Source: Isurus oxyrinchus (lineage: Eukaryota). From it: a stretch of DNA of 64,000 bases. The stretch's first letter is position 1. Each line of letters opens with the position of its first letter. The notes below the pieces were generated by a model, which was not told the origin of the DNA, made no database searches, and saw only the letters and a program-made list of their open reading frames with translations. Below are positions 1 to 12,320 of the stretch, in pieces. A program made the translations under genes and the position numbers. Where the stretch lies: assembly GCA_026770705.1 (NCBI GenBank), contig JANJGN010000036.1, positions 1,488,001 through 1,552,000 on the forward strand, read 5' to 3'.

Positions 1-249
1 AGTGACAGAGAGATAGAGTGAGACACAGAGACAGAGAGAGGTTGAGAGGCAGAAAGATGGGGTGAGAGAGAGAGAGAGGAACATAGTGACAGGGAGATGG
101 GGTTTGAGAAACAGAGAAGGCGAGAGAAACAGAGAGACAGTGAGAGGGTAGTAGGTGTTGGGCATAGACATGGCGTGAGACACAGAATCAGAGAGACGAG
201 TCAAGGAAAGGCAAAAGCGACCGAGAGAGAGAGAACTGACGTAATGGAG

Positions 250-505
250 TAAGAACCATCCTCAATATTTAAAATGGAGGCAGACACCTTCTCCATCTTT
301 AAAACGGAGGGAGATTCCTTCTCCATCGTTAAAACTGAGGGAGATCCATTTTCCATCTTTAAAATAGAGGGAGACGATATCACTTTTCCATCTTTGCAAT
401 AGAGGGAGATCCCTTGTCCATTTTTAAAATGGAGGGAGATCCCTTCTCCATTTTTAATATGGAGGGTGATCCCTTCTACATCTTCAAAATGGAGGGAGAT
501 ATCTC
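250..505. repeat. 30-bp quasi-palindromic minisatellite (ATGGAGGGAGATCCCTTCTCCATCTTTAAA)n
   Basis: About 8 units; further arrays at ~15100-15320, 21820-21860, 25300-25380, 27730-27830, 32460-32700 and 34510-35010. Confidence 0.9.
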
Positions 506-829
506 TATCTCTGTCACGTTGAAAGTACTAATGTCCCTTTCGAGAGAATACAGCTCTGTCATAAATGTCCCAGTGCTGTGGGCCACAGATAAATTGGCCA
601 CTGTGAACAAACCTAAACTGGTTAACTGGTATTTGGGGATTTGTCTTACAGAATCTGAGAGAGGCAGAGAGAGGAAAAGAGAAGGCGCAGAACGAGGTAA
701 TTTTAAAGAGAGAGACACAGAACGAGAGGAGATGAAGAGGCAGACATCCAGATTTTCCAAATCCATTTGACGTGTTAGGCTCTGCCTCCACGGAAGGAAC
801 GGGAACTGGAGGAAGCCTTTGACCCTTTG

Positions 830-1260
830 ACCCTTTATAGCCAAGCCTACTATTCAGCAAGTTCTATTCTGATCTCCTAACTCAGCTCCACTTTTCCGCG
901 CTATTCCCTGATCCATTGATTCCCCTAGTGTCCAAAAGTAGATCGATATCAGTTCCTTGTACGAGTACAAGCAAAGACATTTGTCTTTTTGTCTATATTT
1001 GCAACCAACGTAAATAACGTCACACTTCCCCACATTATCTCCCTTCAGCCACCTTTCTGGCTACTTACTTAAACTGATTATATCTCTTTGCAGCCTCTTT
1101 GTGTCCTCTTCACAGTTTGCATTCCCACAGAGCTTTACATTGTCATCAAACCTAGATATATTAGTTTTGGTCTCTTCATCTATGTCATTTAAAGTGATTG
1201 TAAATAGTTGAGGCGTTCGCACTGTTCCTTTCCATAGTCCACATGACACACCTTCCAGCT
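830..1260 (-). mobile_element. CR1-type LINE RT/3' fragment
   Basis: PQLFTITLNDIDEETKTNISRFDDNVKLCGNANCEEDTKRLQRDI (degenerate FADDTKL). Confidence 0.8.
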
Positions 1261-1519
1261 TGAAAGTGCCCAGGTATGATTTGAACACAACCCTATATAA
1301 TTGCCATAATACTTCCTTACTTTTACATTCCAACGCCCTTGCAAATGAAGACTGACATAGTATTTGCCAAAATATTGCTGAACTGAATGTTAACTGCCTG
1401 TGATTCGTGCACATGGGCACTCAAAAATGCCTCTGAATGCCAACAATGACTGGCCCCTAAACTTAAAAAAAATTCTGCTTTTCCCTTCTCCCCATTGCAT
1501 GATTAATTGTTACACAGGA

Positions 1520-1850
1520 TGACAAAGGACGTACAACAGAGAAACAAGCGATTCTGCACGACCAGTCCAAACTGGTCTTCATTCTCCAAACCAGCTTCCT
1601 CCATTTTTTCTCGTTTAAATCTAAAAATAACAACCACACTTTTCCCTCCAATAGTTGTCTAATTTCCAGGAAAACACTTCTACTATTCACCCCAACCACT
1701 CCCTCTGGTAGTGACATCCACATTCTCACCACTTTCTGGGTAAAGATGTTTCTCTTGAATTTTCTTTTGCATTTATTAGTTACTGTCTTATATTGATGAC
1801 CTCTAATTATGCTCTTTGTTATGGGAAGAAACATTTTATCTGAAGATAAC
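1520..1850 (-). mobile_element. CR1-type LINE 3' end fragment
   Basis: RGHQYKTVTNKCKRKFKRNIFTQKVVRMWMSLPEGVV, the CR1 ORF2 C-terminal motif. Confidence 0.75.
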
Positions 1851-2017
1851 GCACACAGTTGACGGTGGGTTGAGGGAGTGACACCTTTAAGACATGTGAT
1901 ACCCTGGGCCCGTCTGGAGATCTCTGTTCTCGGTAGACTTGCCCTTATTACCTCGACTCCACTTTCCTGTTTTATCTCCATATGATTTGGTTCCTTGTTC
2001 ATCCTCTCTCCCCCCAC

Positions 2018-2172
2018 AGTAGGTGTCTCTGTTCACAGTCAGTCCCTCTATCGCAGGTGTCTCAATTGACAGTTAGCCCCTTTACCGTAGGCACCCTTGT
2101 TCACAATCACTTCCTCTAAATTAGGTGAATGTTCACAGTCAGTCCCTCTAAAGTAGGTGACTGTTCACAGTC
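2018..2172 (+). repeat. ~33-bp minisatellite (AGGTGTCTCTGTTCACAGTCAGTCCCTCTA...)
   Basis: About 5 degenerate units. Confidence 0.75.
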
Positions 2173-3489
2173 TGCAGAAGGTGAAAGGCTCTATCAAATC
2201 TCTCTTAATCTTCTGTGCTTTCAGGAAAGAAACACTGTTTTTCAAGTCTGTCCACACTACTGACGTTCCTCATTCATGGAGTCAAGCAGGGAAATCACAT
2301 CTAACCCATCTCCAATGCCTTGACAATTCCCGAGAGTGTGGGGACATATTTGAACACAAAGCTGCATTTTTGGACTAGCCAGTGTTTTACAAAGGTTTCA
2401 CGTAGCTTCCGTGCGTTTTTGTATTCAATTCCTCTACTATTTAGAGACAAGGGATCTTTTTTGTTTTTGAAGAAATCGCCTTTGTTTAGCCAGCCACGTT
2501 CAAAGCTGCCGCATACAGTGTCTATTAAAATGAGGAGGAATTTCTCCTGTCAGATTGTCGTTCATGTTTATTCCTGTATCTTATTTTAAAATTGCAGCAT
2601 TTATTTTCATTGCCTTTCCATAGGTTCATAACAAAATGTTTCACTTAATTCTTCTGTTTTAAAAGTGATCTGCTACGTGTCTGCCTCTGCACTCTTGAAG
2701 TCCATTGCTTATCATCTCATCATGTACTGGACTCGCGAGTGTTGTATCTTTTGAAAAAGTTACAATTATGCCTTTGCAACAGATTCCAGGTCAGTGTTAT
2801 GCACAAAATACTGTCCCCATGGGAAGTCCTCTGTCTATTTCCATCGATATAAGAAATAACTGTTTACTATTCTCTGTTTTTACCATTACCAATCTTGTAT
2901 CCATATTGCTGCTCTTCCTTTCACCTATTGTTTTGCTAATTAGTCGCCTATGTGTGATGATACCCTGCGGGGCTACAGAGCAGTGAAATGCAACGTATTT
3001 CATCAGTACCTCAATGATGCCTTCTGCTTTTGGAAAGTCTCCTTGTGGATCCTGAGGTTCAGTGCGCATTAGAGCCAATGTTCTGCCCTGAATGCTTCTC
3101 CTGTCAGGAAGTGTCAGCGTCAGCACTGACTAAGTTAATAATAAATCTGTTGTGCTACAGAAACGTGAGTTGTCGAATGCAGAGATGTGGATTCATTGAT
3201 ACACCTCACCCTGAATCATTGCGATAATGCTCTGAAATCCTGCTTCACATTTTAAATTGTTCTGCCTCCCCAAAATACACATTTCATAATAAAATGTCAT
3301 GAATTTGTCCCAATCATCAATGACACAAAATTTGATTCATCAAACACTTTTTAAAAAATCCCTCCTGCATTTGGTTTCGCAGATGATTGGCTTCACTTTG
3401 TAATTAAATCTTGGCAGGAAACACTGCTGATTTGGAGTGAAAAGCCGAGGAGAACAATGGGAAATTAACATCGGAACAGGAGGAGGTGT

Positions 3490-3842
3490 AATGGATAGAG
3501 TGGAAGTATAAAAATATTTCCCTCGATGGAGAATTCTAGAACCAGGGGACATATCTTGAATCTATGTGGCAGAAGGTGTAGGGGGGAACCTGAGGAAGAA
3601 CTTTTTTTATGCAGAGGGAAGTGGGTGTCTGGAATTAACTGCCCAAGTTGGTGGTAGAGGCAGAAACGTTAAACTCTTTTAATAAGTGCCTGGATCTGCA
3701 CTTAAAGTGCTGTAAGCTGCAGGGCTATGGACCGGGTGCAAGAATGTGGGATTAGTAAGGGCACCTGGGAGTCCTCGGGCTGGCATGGACAAGATGGGCC
3801 GAATGACCTTCTGATGTGCTGTACCTTTTCACTGGTTCTATG
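3490..3842 (+). mobile_element. CR1-type LINE 3' end
   Basis: TCTAGAACCAGGGGACATA...GTCTGGAATTAACTGCC...GATGGGCCGAATGACCTTCT, typical CR1 3' UTR. Confidence 0.75.
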
Positions 3843-5830
3843 TATTCAGCCCATCAAGCATGCTCCACCATTCAATTCTATCATGGCAGATGATCCACTT
3901 CAATGCCTTTTTCCCGCACTATCCCCACATCCCCTTTTTTCATTGGTATTTAGAAATCTGTCAATCTCTATTTGAAACATACTCACTGACTGACCTTCCA
4001 ACTCCCCCTGGGTTGGGAATTGTAAATTTTCAGAACCACGGGAGTAAAAAGGAAAACTTAAATATCCTATTTTTTTTTCCAAAGTGGCTTCCCACTTATT
4101 TTGAAACAGTGTCTCCAGGTTCCAGATTCCTCAACTATCTTTGATTTGTCTGTGCTGTGTACACTTTTAACTATTTTGTAGGATGCATTGAGATCACCTC
4201 TCATTATTCGAAGCTCCAGAGAACACATGCCATGTTTCACGAAAATCTCCTCATTGAATCGTCCTGTTACCCCGGCAACAAGTCTGCCGAACATTGTTTA
4301 CACAATTTTTATGGCAGTAACATTCCACCCAAGGTAAGAGGACCAAAACTGCACACACTACTCCAGGTGAGATATAACCAACCTTCTAAACAATTGAAGC
4401 AATAATTCATTACTCCTATACTCAAATCCTCATGTGATACAGGCTAACATTCCATTAGCCTTCCTAATTGCCTGCTGCCCCTAAATGTGAGCCTTTAGGC
4501 ATAAATTGGATGGTACAACTGCACATTCAAATCTCTTAATATTTAAGAAATACTCAGCAAATCTTTTCCTCCAAGCAAATTAGATGACTTGACATTTTTT
4601 TCCAAATGCTAATCTACTTGCCGTGTCCTTGCCTGCTCACCAAGTCTAACCAAATCATCATGAAGCCGCTTTGCCTCTTCCTCACAACAAACATTCCACT
4701 TAGCTTCGTGAACTTTGAAATATTAAATTCGGCCCCAGATCTTGCTCACACTGCAGCCATGAACTGACAGTGAGATCAAACCAAATTGCGCCTATTTGTG
4801 TCTTTATATCATCTACCTTCTTGCGAATGTTGCGTGCATTCAAGTAGAGAGCCATTAAGTTTGCGTCTTTCACATTATTCCACATTCTAAGTTAAATTGA
4901 TGGTCCCCTTCGTTCACCTGCCTTCTAATTTCACTTGCCAATTTTTAACTTCCCATTACGGGCTTGATGTCCTTCCAGATTGACTTATCCCTCAGGTCCC
5001 CATCTCCCTGACAAGCTAGTTTCAAACCTCCCCAACAACATGAGCAAATCTACCTGTCAGGATATTAGGGCCGATCCTGTTAAAGTGTAATCCGTCCAGC
5101 TTGTACAGGTCCTAGCAGCCCCAGAACCAGTCATAACGCCTCAGGAGTCTGATTCCCTGTCTCTTACACCAATTCTACAGCCACCTATTTAATTGATCAG
5201 TCCTTCCATCACGTCGCACTGGGAGCAATACTGAGATTAATACTCCAGAGGTCCTCTTTATAATGTCCTTCCAAAATTACTAAAATCTGCTTTCAGGACC
5301 TCTTCACTCTTCCTTCCTATATCGTTGGTACCAATGTGGATGATGATCGCTGGCTGTTCGCCTTCCCCCAGAAGGATGCCCTACAGCTGCTCGTGGCATC
5401 CTTGATCATGCCTCCCTGGAGTAGCGTTTACTGCCACAAAAACGCTTGTCTGATTCTCTGGCTGTAGAATCCTCCATAAGCATTGCTCTTCCACTCTCCT
5501 TCTTCCCCTGCCCTGCAGATCAGCCACTTGTGCTGCCATAAATTTTGTTCTTGTTACATTCCCCTGAAAATCCATTTCCCTCAGAGCATCCAAAATGAAA
5601 AAAAAAAAGTTTAGAAAGCAAGATAGATTCAGGGAACTCCTGGACTGCCTGCCTGGCTCTCTCAGACTCTCTTAGACTGACTGGCGGTCACCCACTCACT
5701 CCCTGCCTGTACGCTCCGAACCTGCGGCCTGATAAGCCCACTAAACCTGCTACCCACCCAGTTTTCTGCACAACAGTGGCTTCAGTCAGCACTGGCCTTC
5801 TGAAACCCAGCTCTCAAGCCTCTGCAGAAT
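3843..5830 (-). mobile_element. Internally deleted CR1 LINE (ORF1 esterase, APE start, RT C-terminus and 3' end)
   Basis: Minus strand: HIGTNDIG (SGNH esterase of ORF1, ~5315-5340); ALYLNARNIRKKVDD (APE start, ~4810-4855); SLELRIMRGDLNASYKI (~4175-4225). Confidence 0.75.
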
Positions 5831-6911
5831 AAAACTTAACTTCTACTTTATGGAATAATGTTACTTAAATGCTAAATCAAAGGGTAAAACAAGGGAAACA
5901 ATCTCCGCTTAGATAGAAATTAATGCTTTTAACTCTCTCATTCATCAGCTCTCAATGCGGAGTAAAACAGTACTGAGGAAGGGTCTTTTTAACACTCCAT
6001 GAAAAGCAGCTAGTTCAATCTTCTTAAAACCAGATTCATAATTAAGTAGCTGAAACTCCCAGAGAAATTGAATAACTCTGCATAGGGAGGGGGAAAGCAA
6101 CATTATGGATCCTACTCCTGATCAGAGAGAGTTTGATACTTCACAGTTTGAGTGGCTCTTTCTGAAGCACTAAACGGTCGTTCAAATTTGGCAGAATATT
6201 TTTAAATGACAATTTGCCTTTCCATTGCTTCATATTAATTTGTGTAGTTCCCCCTTGCAAACCCCGTGAGACTTGAGTGACGGCAGGGTCAGAAGTTTCT
6301 GGGGCACAAGGACACATGCAGGAGCCAGCTATTCAGCCCCTCAAGCCCACTCCACCAAGCAATATGATCATGGCTGATCTGGTTGTTGTTTCAGCTCTAC
6401 TTACCTGCCTACCCCCATAAAACTTCACTCCCTTGTAAATCAAGCATATATCTAACTCAGCTTTACAACATAGCCAATGGACCAGGCTCCACTGCTGGCA
6501 GTTGAATCCCTACCTAATTTCTAAATTGTGACCCCTAGTCCGGTCTTCCCCCGTAAAGGGAAACATTCCCGCAGCACATGCCCTGTCAGATCCCACCTCC
6601 CCCAACCCCCCCCCCCCCCCCCCACCCCCCACCCTCCTCCCCCCAACAAGAATATTATATGTTTCAATAAGGCTCTGTCCTGACTCCCAATCTGCCGGGT
6701 GTACATCTCAATGTCTCCACACTTTGAGTTTTGATTCGTCTTTCTAAAAATGAGATTCAAACTAATTTGTTTCAATTACTTGGGGGCCAAAGGGAAATGC
6801 ATTGAATTCTTCATAGATGGGTTGGCTGGAGATATTAATTTGAAACCAAATGAATATTTGTTAAATAATTATGTAACAGTGAAGTGAGATAATCTTCAGG
6901 GGCGGCAGTAA

Positions 6912-6912
6912 T

Positions 6913-6997
<85 letters not shown>
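6912..6997. repeat. (TA)n microsatellite upstream of the IgL promoter
   Basis: Visible directly; another (TA)n at 47534-47582. Confidence 0.95.
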
Positions 6998-7001
<4 letters not shown>

Positions 7002-7155
7002 TCTATATATGCAAAAATCTTAGAAATATTGGAATCTTCCCAAACCAGAAATTCCAATTGCAGATTAAACATTTTAACAATAATTTTACCAGCCAAAAAA
7101 AAAAAAAATTCGAAATGTAAATTTGCCTGCACCGTTTCCCTGGCCGCTCCCACTC

Positions 7156-7176
7156 ATTTGCATTCCGCTTAATAAA
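7156..7176 (+). promoter_or_regulatory. Ig light-chain promoter: octamer ATTTGCAT plus TATA-like TTAATAAA
   Basis: ATTTGCAT at 7156-7163, in the orientation typical of IgL promoters, ~120 bp upstream of the leader ATG; AATAAA at 7171-7176. Confidence 0.85.
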
Positions 7177-7281
7177 TGGAGCTGGAGTGTCCGGTATAAC
7201 TGGCACTGGAACCGGAGCCGCTCTCGGAGTTGACAACAAGCGGTGCAGTGGGAAATTTGGGCAGGCGCTTCTCCAGAGGAA

Positions 7282-7330
7282 ATGGCTCCAGTGCTGCATC
7301 TCTTGTGGGCTCTGCTGCTCCATCTAACAG
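7282..7330 (+). pseudogene. IgL leader exon (MAPVLHLLWALLLHLT-G)
   Basis: Hydrophobic signal peptide of 49 nt ending in phase 1 at CAG|GTCAGA; intron 7331-7477 ends in a pyrimidine tract and AAG. Confidence 0.92.
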
Positions 7331-7477
7331 GTCAGATATTAGGGAAGCGGGTTTTGATAACAGAGAATCCGCTAAATGCCGAGAACGGTCCGGTTTAAGA
7401 CCCATGTTTATTGATGAATTAACGACAGTTTTGCTCCTGGTTACTGAATGTTTTCTTCTGTCTCTATTTAATTGAAG

Positions 7478-7787
7478 GTGTTCTGGCGGTTCTCGTCCTC
7501 AATTAGTCCACAATTTCCGACTGAGTCTCCGTTGGTCAGACCGCCCGATTACAGTGCGAGATGCAGAACGGGAATGTGGGTAGCTACACTGTGCGCTGGT
7601 ACCGGCAGCGAACCGGAGTTGCTCCAGTCTGGGTGTTACAGCACAAGACAGATGGGAGCGTCTCTCGAGGCACCGGCTTCACTGACCGCTTCGAACCTTC
7701 GAGAGACACCTCCAGGAACAATTTCATTCTGACCATTGGAAGCCTGGAGTTCGGTGACTCCGCCGTCTATTACTGTCAGCTGGGGAG
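7478..7787 (+). pseudogene. IgL V segment, sigma-cart (type I/NS5)-like, pseudogenised
   Basis: Translates GVLAVLVLN*STISD*VSVGQTARLQCEMQNGNVGSYTVRWYRQRTGVAPVWVL...DRFEPSRDTSRNNFILTIGSLEFGDSAVYYC. Conserved Cys (7555), WYRQ and DSAVYYC (Cys 7774). In-frame stops TAG 7504-7506 and TGA 7522-7524. Confidence 0.93.
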
Positions 7788-7815
7788 CACAGTGAGACAG
7801 AGCCATACAAAAACT
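7788..7815 (+). promoter_or_regulatory. V recombination signal sequence, 12-bp spacer
   Basis: CACAGTG (7788-7794) + AGACAGAGCCAT (12 nt) + ACAAAAACT (7807-7815). Confidence 0.95.
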
Positions 7816-8134
7816 GTATGTAGAAAACCGCTCAGAATTACAACAGCAGCTGGAAAGTTCCTGGCCGAGAATATGTCATCAACTTCCAAGTTGTTCCTTG
7901 TGTAAGTTCCTGAGAAACATAACTGAGATTCCAAGGGTTAATTTACATTTTCTCCATCGCAGTTCTCAATATTACCCTCTTGAGTAACGATGAATATTAT
8001 CAGGGTTTCGCGCTATTTTTGAAATATCTCTCTTGTCCTCTGTACTCCAGCCCATGTGAAAGGGAAAATGTGACAGAAAATGTGATAATATAGAGGTTAT
8101 TAATATTTCATCCTGTACTTTTGCCCGCAGCCTG

Positions 8135-8173
8135 AGTTTTAGGTGACCCGTCCGATTACACTGCCGCTCTCTG
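8135..8173 (-). promoter_or_regulatory. Degenerate J recombination signal, 23-bp spacer
   Basis: On + strand: AGTTTTAGG (8135-8143; consensus GGTTTTTGT) + 23 nt + CTCTCTG (8167-8173; consensus CACTGTG), directly abutting J. Confidence 0.75.
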
Positions 8174-8210
8174 CAGATATTCGGAGGTGGGACTGCCTTG
8201 AATTTTCGGA
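8174..8210 (+). pseudogene. IgL J segment (QIFGGGTALNFR) with mutated splice donor
   Basis: FGxGT motif at 8180-8194; ends in phase 1 and is followed by ATAAGT (8211-8216) instead of GTAAGT. Confidence 0.9.
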
Positions 8211-9511
8211 ATAAGTGATTCCCCCTCTCTTTCCATCTTACATTGTTTCAATTATTATTAATTTAGAAGCGACTTCATTCTCCAGCGGATGTCAAATCCC
8301 CATTTCGTGAATGTTGGATCAGGTCAATTTATATCCAGAATTGTTAACTGAGTCAGACATGGAATTTAACTGCACCGGGAGAAAATAATGAAACAGAGAA
8401 TCAGAGTCAAATTATGAATTAAATTATGAAAGAACAGGCTGCTAGAAAGGCAGGTGGATGTAGATTCTATAAATACTTTCAAAAGTGGAAGTGGATAAAG
8501 ACTTGAAGGGGAAAAATTGAAGGGCTTTGCAAGCAGAGGCGGTGAGTGGGACTACTTGCAAAGCTCTTACAAGAACTAGCAGAGGCTTGAGGAGCCGCAT
8601 GACCTCTTATTTCGATGGGTCAGCCTCTATTTTTTTGATTTTCTTCCAGAGCCTTCACCGCCCCCCAAGGCACCCAAAAGCTAAATAAGCAACGAACTAT
8701 TATTCACCTAGTCACTGTTACAATGTCAGCAAAGGGATTTAGAGATTGGACAGGGAATTATGGAAATAAGAAGTTGTTGGAACACGTGAATTAATCAATA
8801 ATTCAAGTTAAAGTCAAAATGATTCGTGATTGACTTTTGACGTCCAGTCCGATTTCAGATCAGCGGGATCTATGTATTAATGAGATTTTTTCTCACTCAC
8901 ACACGCACAGTTCACAGTGTTCTGTATCTTACAGAACCCTCTCTCTCTCTTTCTTTCTGTCTCTCATAGTCTCCCCCCACCCCCTTCGTCTCTCTATCTC
9001 GCTTTCTCTCTCTCTCTCACACACACACACACTCAGGTCAGAATATCTTTGAGTACACTTTCTCTCGTCCCTCTCTCACATACGCAAAGTTCACAGTGTT
9101 CTACATATTACAGAGCTCTGTTTGTCTTTCTCGCTTTCTTTCCCTCTCATTCTCTCCCCTCTCCGTCTCTCTCTCTCTCACACACACACACATACACGCA
9201 CACACAGGTCTCTGTGTTCTATACATTAGTAAATTCTCTCTCACAGACACAGAGACGCACACACACACATAGACAAATTTGTTATGAGTTTGAATGAATT
9301 TTATTTCAAAGACCCAGACAGGTCAGTCTCCTATATAGTAAGGAATCTCTCCATCTCTCTATCTCTCTCTCATTCTCACACACACACACAGCCGCACACA
9401 CGTCAGCATTTTCTCTGCGTTAAGGGGCATTCTCCCCCCTCTCTCTCACAAACGTACAGGTCAGAGTGTTCTTTATATTAATATATTTTCTGTACTCCCT
9501 CACACACACAG

Positions 9512-9840
9512 GTACTGAGGATCGAAGGCCATCCGTCATTCTTCTTCCTCCTTCCTCGGAAGAGATAGATTCAGGCTCGGCCACTGTGTCCTGCCTGGTG
9601 AGTGACTTTAAGCCGGGTTTCGTGCGGGTCCTCTGGAGTGTGGATGGCAAAGAGACAGACAGCGGAGTGAGAACAAGCGTCGTGTCCGCGGATAGCGATC
9701 AAACCTACAGCCTGAGCAGTTACCTGAGAGTCCCAGCCACTGACTGGAAGAAGGGCTCCAGATATTCCTGCAGTGTCAGTCACGGCTCCCTGAACTCACC
9801 CCTTCTCAACACCATCAGCTTCAGCGATTGCTCACTCTGA
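9512..9840 (+). CDS. IgL constant exon, sigma-cart-like, open frame
   Basis: Acceptor ACAG at 9508-9511, phase 1. TEDRRPSVILLPPSSEEIDSGSATVSCLVSDFKPGFVRVLWSVDGKETDSGV...YSLSSYLRVPATDWKKGSRYSCSVSHGSLNSPLLNTISFSDCSL*. Both C1 cysteines, the Trp and the near-terminal interchain Cys are present. Confidence 0.95.
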
Positions 9841-10146
9841 GAGACTTTTGTTGGAGTTAGAGTTTCATTTATTCATGTTTCATGTAATTCCGCAGAAGAT
9901 TCCATGTGTGCAAAACGTGCCTCTTTTTTACAGCAATGTAGTGGCTGTGGCAATGTCAGGTTTTGGCGAACAACCTGAATGTTGAATGAAATCGGAAGCG
10001 AGTGAAATGAGTGTCCGACTTTGTGATTCGAAATATCCTGTCGAATTGTCCCCAGGAACCTATGTGTAAATTCTCTCTGCTTGTAGGATGGGAATAAATT
10101 CCCTCTTTAGACAACGACCATGTACTGTTTGTGAACAGAAGCTCTG

Positions 10147-10152
10147 AATAAA
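10147..10152 (+). terminator. Probable IgL polyadenylation signal
   Basis: AATAAA ~310 nt after the C stop codon. Confidence 0.6.
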
Positions 10153-11799
10153 CATGAAATACAGCCATGAAGTTAGAGTTCTCCATTATTATCCAACACT
10201 TAAAGGGACATTGAGAGGACCAATACAAAATAATGGCAGCTCAGGCAATAATACATAGAATTATATAAAAGAGAAATAGGGAAGTATGTGTCTATGCGTC
10301 CGCCTCAACCTCTCCCTGGGGAGGTAATTCCACATTCTAACCCACTCTCTGGTTTAATAAGTTTCTCCTGAATTCCCCATTGGATTTATTAATTTTAAAG
10401 ACATGTCTCCTGGTTTTGGACGTCCCCCTTATCAAGAGAGTATTTTCTCTCTATTTATCCCTTTAATTTTTCCCAAATGCTCAAAATCTCTCTCATATCC
10501 TCCCGTAATAATCCCCAGATCAGTGAAGCCAAACTATCCAACTCCCCCTCGTAATTTAAACCATGGACTCCCAGTAACACGATGGTTAATCTGCGCTGCG
10601 CCCCTTCCAATTGATACTTTATGTAATGAGTTGTCGGGAACTATACACAATCTTTCCGATCATGAAGGTTTTAAGAGGGGCGGGGGAAAGGACGACCAGG
10701 TAACCACAGACCTCTCAGTGTATCGCCAATTGTGGGGGAGCTTTTAGAATCTGTCATTAAGGATAGGGTGGATGGAGTCTTCAGCAATGTGAACTGAGCA
10801 GTGCACGCCAGTACAGTTTGTTAAACGGAAATCTTGTTTGTTTGATGTGATTGTAATTCTGAAGGAGATTACTGATCAGACAATGGGATTTCCATGGAAG
10901 TTTCTCCTCACTGTCCGTCCGTCCATAAGTCTTTCTCTCTGTCACTGTAGTTCTCTCTTTCTCTCCCCCCTCACCCCATGCCTCACATTCACCCCCTTGT
11001 CTCTCCCTCTCCATTTCTAACTCAATATCTCCTTCCTTCTCTGTGTACCTCTCCCCTTCTCTCTCTCTATCACTCTTTCTCTCTCTCTCTCTCTCTGACA
11101 AGTTGCGAACATGTGCAGTAAATACAATTAAAGCAGATTGAGAATATTGTTTCACAATTGTTATTGCCACACATCCAAAATGAGGTGAGAGAAAAATTTT
11201 AAAGATCAGACAAAGAAATGGTGAGAGAGATACAGCCCGAGAGGGTGAGCGAGAGACAGAGAGCTAGTGATGGAAGGATACTTGCATTTTCAAGAAGGAT
11301 TCCATAAGGTGCCTGACGAAAGGTTGTTAAACAGGAAAAGGGCTCATACTGTGACAACTTGGTCAAATCAGCCCTGATGCTGCTAAATTTCAGGGAATAC
11401 AACCCGAGACTGTGCAATCTCACTTTGTCGTTTTAACCTTGGAATCCAGGTCTCATTCTGGCAAAGCAGCGTTGCACTCAAAATTTCTACACTGTCCGTG
11501 GAGTGTCGGATTAACCAGGATCATTCACTTTCACCCGGACCAGGCTCAAGACTCACCTGTCTCACTCTGTGAGACGCTCCTGTATCACTTGCCTTATTGT
11601 AGTCGGAGGTCGTATTTGGGAGAAGAGCAGGTACAAGCGATTTGAATGACTGCTCATGTGGAGGATAAGCACCATGCATCTATCAAAGAATCAGAACAAA
11701 CCAGGAAGAATCAAACAAGAAAACTCGTGTTCAATTTGTGAGCCCTGTTTTGTGGAATGCTTTTGTTTTGGGTGAGAATGTTGCCATCAAGTACCCCCA

Positions 11800-12320
11800 G
11801 AGATGGTGCAGCACGAGGTTTAATATAGAGTAAATCACCATTTGCACTGTCCCCATCACCAATCCCAGGACAGGTATAGCACGGGATTAGATATAGAGTA
11901 AAGCTCCCTTTACACTTACCCCATCAAACACTCCCAGGTCAGGAACAGCACGGGGTTAGATACAGAGTAAAGTTCCCTCTACACTGTACCCATCAAATTA
12001 TCCCAGGACAGGTAAAGCACGTGGTTAGATACAGAGTAAATCTCCTTCTACACTGTCCCATCAAAGATTTCCCGAGCAGGAGCATCACACGGTGAGTTAC
12101 AGACTTAATTTCCCCTAACAACCTCATTTCAAAAACTTCCAGGATAGGGATAGTACAGAGTAAAGCTCTCTCTGCAATCTCCCATTTAAAAATGCCAAGG
12201 ACAGGTACAGCACACGTAAGAAACAGAGAAAAGCTTTCTCTTCACTGTCACATTAATGCACAGGAACAGCACAGGGTTATACAGAGGTCAAGCTCCCTCT
12301 ACACTTTCCCATAAATTGGT
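11800..12320 (+). repeat. ~69-bp satellite (CCCTCTACACTGTCCCCATCAAACACTCCCAGGACAGGTACAGCACGGGGTTAGATACAGAGTAAAGCT)n
   Basis: Tandem units; also at 13440-13970, 17050-18190, 18770-18890, 21550-21650, 28350-28560 and 32230-32460, and inverted at ~58780-59000. Confidence 0.9.

Noticed and set aside
414-770. ORFs with MEGDPFSIFK repeats (also at 32.4 and 34.6 kb)
   Set aside because: They arise from a largely stop-free 30-bp minisatellite; there is no gene structure.
7561-7905. ORF track V ORF taken as a functional gene
   Set aside because: It starts at an internal Met after two FR1 stops and the first Cys, and reads through the RSS.
8449-8457. kE2-like E-box GGCAGGTGG in the J-C intron
   Set aside because: It lies within a decayed CR1 3' end (~8435-8640), and I saw no accompanying enhancer motifs.
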